Assembly (NCBI RefSeq): GCF_044704955.1
Contig: NC_091989.1
Span: 110,856,001 to 110,920,000, forward strand
Source of the DNA: Pristiophorus japonicus
Lineage: Eukaryota
DNA: 64,000 bases
Reading direction: 5' to 3'
Notes under the pieces: generated by a model
Seen by the model: only the letters and a program-made list of their open reading frames with translations
The model's database searches: none
What the model was told of the DNA's origin: nothing
Position numbers and translations under genes: made by a program
In this document: positions 55,601-64,000 of the stretch, in pieces
Numbering within the stretch: position 1 is the stretch's first letter
How the letters are laid out: every line of letters begins with the position of its first letter

Positions 55601-58600
55601 CCCTGGCACAGATTGTTCCAAACCTGGCATAGATTGTTCCAACCCTGGCACTGTCTGTCCGAACCCTGGCACACGCTGTCCAAAACCTGTACAGGCTATT
55701 CCTAATCTGGCACAGGCTATCCCAACCCTATCACAGCCTGTTCCATCACTGGCGCAGGCTGTCCCAACCCTGGCACAGGCTCTACACAACACTGGCACAG
55801 GCTCTACCAACCCTGGCACAACCTGTCCCCAACCTGGCACAGGCAGTCAAAACCCTGGCAGAGTCACGCCTTAACAATGGCACCAGCTGACCCAACGCTG
55901 GCACAGACTCTACCAACACTGGCACAGGCACTCCCAACCCTGGCACAGGCTCTACCAATCCTGTCACAGGCTGTCCCGAACCTGGCATAGGCTGTCCCAT
56001 CCCTGGCACATGCTATCTAGGCCCTGGCACAGGCTATTCCAACCTTGGCACAGGCTATCTCAACCCTGGCACAGTTTGTCTCACACCGGGCACATCTCTC
56101 CCACCCTGGCACGGTCTGTCCCATACCGGCACAGGCTGTCCCAACTCTGGTACAGCCTATCGCTATCCTGGCACAGGCTGCCACAATCCTGGCACAGGCT
56201 ATCCAAACGCTGGCACAGGCTATCGCTATTCTGGCACAGGCTATCCTAACCCTGGCACAGGCTCGTCTCATCCCTGGCACATGCTGTCCCGTCTGCGGCA
56301 CAGGCTGTCACAACTCTGGAACACACTCTACCAACCCTGGCACAGGCTATAACAATCCTGGCAAAGTCTCGTCTCATCACTGGCACAGGTTCGTCTCAAC
56401 AATTGCACGGGCTGTCCCGACCCTGGCACAGACTGTCCCAGTCCTGGCACACGCTGTCCCAATCCTGGCACAGGGTGTCCCAACCATGGCGCAGGCTATC
56501 GCTATCCTGGCACAAGTTGTCCCAACTCTGCCACAGGCTGCCCTATGCTGGCACAGGCTATCACTAACCTGGCACAGGCTATCCCAATCCTGGCACAGGC
56601 TGTCCCAAACCTGACATAAGCTGTCCCAACCCTGGCACAGGCTGTCCTAACCCTGGCACAGCTCATCACATCCCTGGCACAGGCTGTCCCGACTCTGGCA
56701 CAGGCTGTCTCAACTATGGCACAGACTCTATCAATCTTGGCATAAGCTGTCCACATCCTGGCACAGGCGGTTCCAACCCTGGCACAAGCTGTACCAACCC
56801 TGGCACAGGCTCATCTCAACAATGGCACAGTCTGTCCCAACACTGGCACCGGCTGTTCAATACTGGCACCGACTGTCCCGACCCTGGCACAGACTGTCCC
56901 AATCCTGGCACAGGCCACTCCAAACCTGGCACATGTTCTCCCAACCCTGGCACAGGATGTCCGAACTCTGGCACAGGATGTCCGAATCCTGGCAAAGGCT
57001 GTCCCAACCCTGGCACACGCTGTCCAAAACCTGGCACAGGCTGCCGCAACCCTGGCACACGCTGCCGCAAACCTGGCACAAGCTGTCCCCAACCTGGCAC
57101 AGGCTGTCCCAACCCTAGCGCACGCTGTCCCAAACCTGGCACAGGCTATCCAAACCCTGATACAGGCTGTCGTAAACCTGACACAGGTTGTCCCAAACCT
57201 GACACAGGCTGTCCCAACCCTGGTACAGGCTGTCCAAAACCTGACACAGGCTGTCCCAACCCTGGTACAGGCTGTCCCAAACCTGACACAGGCAGTCCCA
57301 ACCCTGGCACAGGCTGTCCCATACCTGACACAGGCTGTCCCAACCCTGGCACAGGCTGTCCCATACCTGACACAGGCTGTCCCAACCCTGGCACAGGCTG
57401 TCCCAAACCTGACACATGTTCTCCCAACCCTGGTACAGGATGTCCCAAACCTGGCACAGGCTATCCCGACCCTGGCACAGGCTGTCCCAACCTTGGTACT
57501 GTCTGTCCGAACCCTGGCACAGGATATCCGACGCTGGCACAGGATGTACCACCCTGGTACAGGCTATCGCTATCCTGGCACAGGCTCAACAAACCCTGGC
57601 ACTGGCTCGTCTCATCCCTAGCACAGGCTGTCCCGACCCTGGCACACCAACCCTGGCACAGGCTCTAACAACCCTGGCACAGACAGTCCCGATCCTGGCA
57701 CAGACTCAACCAACCCTGGCACAGGTTGTCCCAACCCTGGCACAGGCTGTCCCAACTTTGGCACAAGCTCTACCAAACCTGGCACAGGCTGTTCGAAACC
57801 TGGCACAGGCTGTACCAACCCTGGCACAGGCTTGTCCCAACAATGGCACAGACTCAACCAACCCTGGCACAGGTTGTCCCAATCCTGGCACAGGCTGTCC
57901 CAACTTTGGCACAAGCTCTACCAAACCTGGCACAGGCTGTTCGAAACCTGGCACAGGCTGTACCAGCACTGGCACAGGCTTGTCCCAACAATGGCACAGA
58001 CTGGCACCAGCTGTTCAACACTGGCACTGGCTATCCCAACCATGGCACAGGCTGTTCCAACCCTCGCACAGTACTTCCCAACCCAGGCACAGGCTGTCCC
58101 AACTCTGGCACAGGCTGTCTTAAACCTGGCACAGGCTATCACAACCCTGGCACAGCCTGTCCCAACCCTGGCACTGTCTGTCCGAACCCTGGCACAGGAT
58201 ATCCGAACACTGGCACAGGATGTACCAACCCTGGTATAGGCTATCGCTATCCTGGCACAGGATCTACAAACCCTGGGACAGGCTGTCGCAAGCCTGGAAC
58301 AGACACTAACAAATGTGGTACAGGCTGCCACAACCCTGGCAGAGGCTGTCCCTACCCTGGCACAGGCTGTCGCAACGCTGGCACAGGCTGCTCCAACCCT
58401 GGAACAGACAATACCAACCCTGGCACAGGCTGTCCCAACCCTAGCACAGGTTGTCCCATCACTGGCACAGGCTGTCGCAACCTTGGCACAGGCTGTCCCA
58501 AGCTTGGCACAGGCTGTCCCAACTATGGCACAGGCTCTACCGTCCCTGCCAAAGGCTGTCCTTGCCCTGGCACAGGCTATCCCAACCTTGGCACAGACTA

Positions 58601-61600
58601 TTCCAACCCTGGTACAGGCTATCGCAACCCTGGCACAGGCTGCCACAACCCTGGCACAGGCTGTCCCAACCCTTACACAGGCTGTTCCGACCCTGACAGT
58701 GGCTATCCCTATCCTGGCACAGGCTGTCCCAAACCTGGCACAGGCTGTCCCAACCCTGGCAGAGTCTATCTCTCTCTCTGCACAAGCTGTCCCAACACTG
58801 GCATAGGTTGCCCCAATCCTGGCACAGGTAGCTCCAAGCACAAGTAGTCCCAAGTTGGCACAGGTTCTACCAACCCTGGCGCAAGCTATCCCAACCCTGG
58901 CACCGGCTGTCACAACCCTGGCACAGGCTGATGCAAACCGTGGCACAGGCTGTCGCAACCCTGGAACAGACACTACCAACCCTGGCACAGGCTGTCCCAA
59001 CCCTAGCACAGGTCGTCCTATCACTGGTACAGGCTGTCGCAACCCTGGCACAGGCTGTCCCAAGCCTGGCACGGGCTGTCCCGACTATGGCACAGGCTCT
59101 ACCATCCCTGCCACAGGCTGTCCTAACCCTGGCACAGGCTATCCCAACCTTGGCACAGACTATTCCAACCCTGGTACAGGCTATCGCAACACTGGCACAG
59201 GCTGCCACAACCCTGGCACAGGCTGTCCTAACCCTTACACAGGCTGTTCCGACCCTGGCAGTGGCTATCCCTATCCTGGCATAGGCTGTCCCAAACCTGG
59301 CACAGGCTGTCCCAACCCTGGCAGAGTCTATCTCTCTCTCCGCACAAGCTGTCCCAACACTGGCATAGGTTGCCCCAATCCTGGCACAGGTAGCTCCAAG
59401 CACAAGTAGTCCCAAGTTGGCACAGGCTCTACCAACCCTGGCGCAAGCTGTCCCAACCCTGGCACGGACTGTCCCTACCCTGGCACAGCTCTACCAACAA
59501 AGGCACAGGCTGTCGCACCACTGGCACAGGCTGTCACAACCCTGGTACAGGCTGACACAAACCGTGGCACAGGCTCTACACAACCCTGGCACAGGCAGAC
59601 CCAACCCTGGCACAGGCTGCCACAATCCTGGCACATGCTGTCACAGACCTTGGCACAGGCTCTACAAAACCCAGGCACACGCTGTCCCAACACTGGCAGA
59701 GGCTGCCACAGCCCTGGCACTGGCTAACCCAACTTTGGCACAAGCTGTTCCGACCCTGCCACAGGCTGTGCCAACCCTGGAACAGGCGTGCCCCAACCCT
59801 GGCAAAGGCTGACCCAAATCTGGCACAGGCTCTACCAAGTCTGGCACTGGCTGTCGCAACCCTGGCACAGGCTGTCCCAAACCTGGCTTAGGCTGTTCCA
59901 ACCCTGGCACTGTCTGTCCGAACCCTGGCACACGCTGTCCCAAACCTGGTACAGGCTATTGCTAATCTGGCACAGGCTATCCCAACCCTGGCACAGCCTG
60001 TTCCAACCCTGGCACAGGCTATCCCAACCCTGGCACAGACTGTCCCATCCCTGGCACAGGCTGTCCCATCCCTAGCACATGCTATCTAGGCCCTGGCACA
60101 GGCTATCCCAACCTTGGCACAGGCTATCTCAACCCTGGCACAGTTTGTCCCACACCGGGAACATCTATCCCACCCCTGGCACGGACTGTCCCATCCCGGC
60201 ACAGGCTGTCCCAACTCTGGCACAGGCTATCGCTATCCTGGCACAGGCTGCCACAATCCTGGCACAGGCTATCCAAACGCTGGCACAGGCTATCGCTATT
60301 CTGGCACAGGCTATCCTAATCCTGGCACCAGCTGTCTCAACCCTGGCACAGGCTGTCCTAACTCTGGCACAGGCTGTCCTAATCCTGGCACACGCTGTCA
60401 CAACCCTGGCACAGGCTGTCCTAACCCTGGCACAGGCTCGTCTCATCCCTGGCAAATGCTGTCGCATTTGTGGCACAGGCTGTTCCAACTCTGGCACACA
60501 CTCTACCAAGCCTGGCACAGGCTATAACAATCCTGGCAAAGTCTCGTCTCATCCCTGGCACAGGCTCGTCTCAACAATGGCACAATCTGTCCCAACCCTG
60601 GCACTGGCTGTTCAACACTTGCACGGGCTGTCCCGACCCTGGCACAGACTGTCCCAATCCTGGCACAGGCTGCCCCAACCCTGGCACACGCTGTCCAAAA
60701 CCTGGCACAGGCTGCCGCAACCCTGGCACACGCTGCCGCAAACCTGGCACAGGCTGTCCCAACCATGGCACAGGCTATCGCTATCCTGGCAGAGGTTGTC
60801 CCAACTCTGGTACAGGCTGCCCTACGCTGGCACAGGCTTTCACTAACCTGGCACAGGCTATCCCAATCCTGGCACAGGCTGTACCAAACCTGACATAAGC
60901 TGTCCCAACCCTGCCACAGGCTGTCCTAACCCTGGCACAGGCTCGTCACATCTCTGGCACAGGCTGCCCGGACTCTGGCACAGGCTGTCCCAACTCTGGC
61001 ACACGCTCTACCAAACCTGGCACCGGCTATACTAACCCTGACATAGGCTCGTCTCATCCCTGGCACAGACTATCCCGACCCAGGCACAGGCTGACTCAAC
61101 TATGGCACAGACTCTATCAACCTAGGCATAAGCTGTCCACACCCTGGCACAGGCTCATCTCAACAATGGCACAGTCTGTCCCAACCCTGGCACCGGCTGT
61201 TCAATACTGGCACTGACTGTCCCGACCCTGGCACAGACTGTCCCAATCCTGGCACAGGCCGTTCCAAACCTGGCACTGTCTGTCTGAACCCTGGCACAGG
61301 CTGCCCCAACCCTGGCACACGCTGTCCAAAACCTGGCAAGGCTGCCGCAACCCTGGCACACGCTGCCGCAAACCTGGCACAAGCTGTCCCCAACCTGGCA
61401 CAGGCTGTCCCAACCCTGGTACAGGCTGTCCCAAACCTGACACAGGCTGTCCCAACTTTGGCACAGGCTGTCCCATACCTGACACAGGCTGTCCCAACCC
61501 TGGCACAGGCTGTCGCAAACCTGGCACAGGCTGTCTCAACCCTAGCACACGCTGTCCCAAACCTGGCACAGGCTGTCCCAAACCTGTCACACATTGCCGC

Positions 61601-64000
61601 AAGCCTGTCACAAGCTGTCGCCAACCTGACACAGGCGGTCCCAACCCTGGCAGACTCTGGCCTCAACAATGGCACCGGCTGACCCAATTCAGGCACGAGC
61701 TCTTCCAGATCTGGCACAGGCTGTCACAACCATGACACATGCTGTCCAAACCTGACACAGGCTGTCCCAACACTGGTACAGGCTGTCCTAAACCTGACAC
61801 AGGCTGTCCCAACCCTGGAACAGGCTGTTGCAACCCTGGCACATGTTCTCCCAACCCTGGCACAGGATGTCCGAACCCTGGCACAGGATGTCCGAATCCT
61901 GGCACAGGCTGTCCCAACCCTGGCACATGCTATCCCTATCCTGGCACAGGATGTCCCAAACGTGGCACAGGCTATCCAGACCCTGGCACAGGCTGTCCCA
62001 ACCGTGGCACAGGCTATCCAGACCCTGGCACAGGCTATCCCAACTTTGGCACAGGCTATCCCAAAGCTGGAACAGTTTGTCACAACACTGTCGCAGACTG
62101 TCCCGACCCTGACACGGTCTGTCCCAACCCTGGCACACGCTGCCCCAACCCTGGCACACGCTGCCGCACCCCTGGCACAAAATGTCCCCAACCTGGCACA
62201 GGCTGTCCCAACCCTGGCACGGGCTGTCGCAAACTTGGCACAGGCTGACCCAACCCTGGCACAGGCTGTCCAAAACCTGACACAGGCTGTCCCAACCCTG
62301 GTACAGGCTGTCGCAAACCTGACACAGGTTGTCCCAAACCTGACACAGGCTGTCCCAACTTTGGCACAGGCTGTCCCATACCTGACACAGGCTGTCCCAA
62401 CCCTGGCACAGGCTGTCCCATACCTGACACAGCCTGTCACAACCCTGGCACAGGCTGTCCCATACCTGACACAGCCTGTCACAACCCTGGCACAGGCTCT
62501 ACACAATCCAGGCACAGGCTGTCCCATGTCTGGCACGTGCTATCTAGGCCCTGGCACAGGCTATCCCCACCTTGGCACAGCTATCTCAACCCTGGCACAG
62601 TTTGTCCCACACCGGGCACATCTGTCCCACCCCTGGCACGGCTGTCCCATCCCGGCACAGGCTATCCCAACTCTGGCACAGGCTATCGCTATCCTGGCAC
62701 AGGATGCCACAATCCTGGCACAGGCTATCCAAACGCTGGCACAGGCTATCGCTATTCTGGCACAGGCTATCCTAATCCTGGCACCAGCTGTCTCAACCCT
62801 GGCACAGGCTGTCCCAACTCTGGCACAGGCTGTCCTAATCCTGGCACAAGCTGTCACAACCGTAGCACAGGCTGTCCTAACCCTGGCCCAGGCTCGTCTC
62901 ATCCCTGGCACATGCTGTCGCGTCTGTGGCACAGTCTGTTCCAACTCTGGCACACACTCTACCAAGCCTGGCACAGGCTATAACAATCCTGGCAAAGTCT
63001 CGTCTCATCCCTGGCACAGGCTCGTCTCAACAATGGCAGAGTCTGTCCCAACCCTCGCACGGGCTGTTCAACACTTGCACGGGCTGTCCCGACCCTGGCA
63101 CAGACTGTCCCAATCCTGGCACAGGCTGTTCCAACCCTGGCACTGTCTGTCCGAACTCTGGCACAAGCTGTCCCAACCCTGGCACACGCTGTCCCAACCC
63201 TGGCACAGGCTGTCCCAACCATGGCACAGGCTATCGCTATCCTGGCAGAGGTTGTCCCAACTCTGGTATTGGCTGCCCTACGCTGGCACAGGCTTTCACT
63301 AACCTGGCACAGGCTATCCCAATCCTGGCACAGGCTGTACCAAACCTGACATAAGCTGTCCCAACCCTGGCACAGGCTGTCCTAACCCTGGCACAGGCTC
63401 GTCACATCTCTGGCACAGGCTGTCCGGACTCTGCCACAGGCTGTCCCAACTCTGGCACACGCTCTACCAACCCTGGCACCGGCTATACTAACCCTGACAT
63501 AGGCTCGTCTCATCCCTGGCACAGACTATCCCGACCCTGGCACAGGCTGACTCAACTATGGCACAGACTCTATCAACCTTGGCATAAGCTGTGCACACCC
63601 TGGCACAGGCGGTTCCAACCCTGACACAAGCTGTACCAACCCTGGCACAGGTTCATCTCAACAATGGCACAGTCTGTCCCAACCCTGGCACCGGCTGTTC
63701 AATACTGCCACCAACTGTCCCGACCCTGGCACAGACTGTCCCAATCCTGGCACAGGCCGTTCCAAACCTGGCACTGTCTGTCTGAACCCTGGCACAGGCT
63801 GCCCCAACCCTGGCACACGCTGTCCAAAACCTGGCACAGGCTGCCGCAACCCTGGCACATGCTGCCGCAAACCTGGCACAATCTGTCCCCAACCTGGCAC
63901 AGGCTGTCCCAACCCTGGCACAGGCTGTCGCAAACCTGGCACAGGCTGTCGCAACCCTAGCACACGCTGTCCCAACCCTGGTACAGGCTGTCCCAACCCT
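49637..64000 (+). repeat. Distal domain of older, more diverged multi-kb higher-order blocks
   Basis: The landmark TGCTATCTAGG occurs near 49638, 51758, 56011, 60080 and 62538. ORF pairs 50006/52085 (+2079) and 60470/62926 (+2456) match, and there is a local 562-bp duplication (58855/59417). Confidence 0.8.

Larger units (their letters stand above)
2437..64000 (+). repeat. 21-bp satellite/minisatellite array, consensus AACCCTGGCACAGGCTGTCCC, about 2,900 diverged monomers, continuing past the window end
   Basis: The core TGGCACAGGCT recurs about every 21 bp throughout. All six-frame translations are 7-aa repeats (NPGTGCP, TLAQAVP, QPWHRLS; GQPVPGL, GTACARV, DSLCQGW). All monomers appear to share one orientation. 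Confidence 0.98.

Noticed and set aside
2437-64000. Giant repetitive protein gene (NPGTGCP, TLAQAVP or QPWHRLS heptads; mucin-, antifreeze- or CTD-like), including the 629-aa ORF at 26815-28704
   Set aside because: The 21-nt consensus is stop-free in all six frames, so long ORFs are expected. ORFs switch between heptad types at frequent 1-2 bp indels, stops occur in every frame, several duplication periods (5024, 1810, 1315, 275) are not multiples of 3, and there are no unique flanking domains.
2437-64000. CRISPR array or other repeat-spacer system
   Set aside because: There are no unique spacers; the variable positions are substitutions of one monomer. No cas genes are present and the context is vertebrate LINE DNA.
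2437-64000. V(D)J recombination signals (CACAG core) or an immunoglobulin switch-like region (RGYW-rich)
   Set aside because: The heptamer is CACAGGC rather than CACAGTG, no ACAAAAACC-like nonamer lies at 12- or 23-bp spacing, and no V/D/J or constant exons are present.
2437-64000. True or interstitial telomere array
   Set aside because: There is only one AACCCT per 21 bp and no (TTAGGG)n run.

Overview
Eukaryotic (vertebrate, probably cartilaginous fish) repetitive DNA with no recognisable host gene. Bases 1-2436 are the decayed 3' part of a CR1-clade LINE on the + strand: ORF2 linker and reverse transcriptase with stops and frameshifts, then a 3' stem-loop and an 8-bp-repeat tail. A 186-bp 3' fragment of an RTE-like LINE sits inside it on the minus strand (54-239), flanked by AAATA direct repeats. 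From about 2437 to the window end (>61.5 kb, roughly 2,900 units) is one head-to-tail array of a diverged 21-bp monomer, consensus AACCCTGGCACAGGCTGTCCC. The array has layered higher-order structure: near-identical tandem duplications with periods of 5024, 275, 1553/1554, 1810/1831, 1315 and 562 bp, plus older dispersed paralogous blocks. The hundreds of predicted ORFs arise because the monomer is 7 codons long and stop-free in all six frames. I found no convincing novel protein-coding system; the noteworthy biology is the satellite's architecture, its predicted non-B DNA potential and the LINE junctions.
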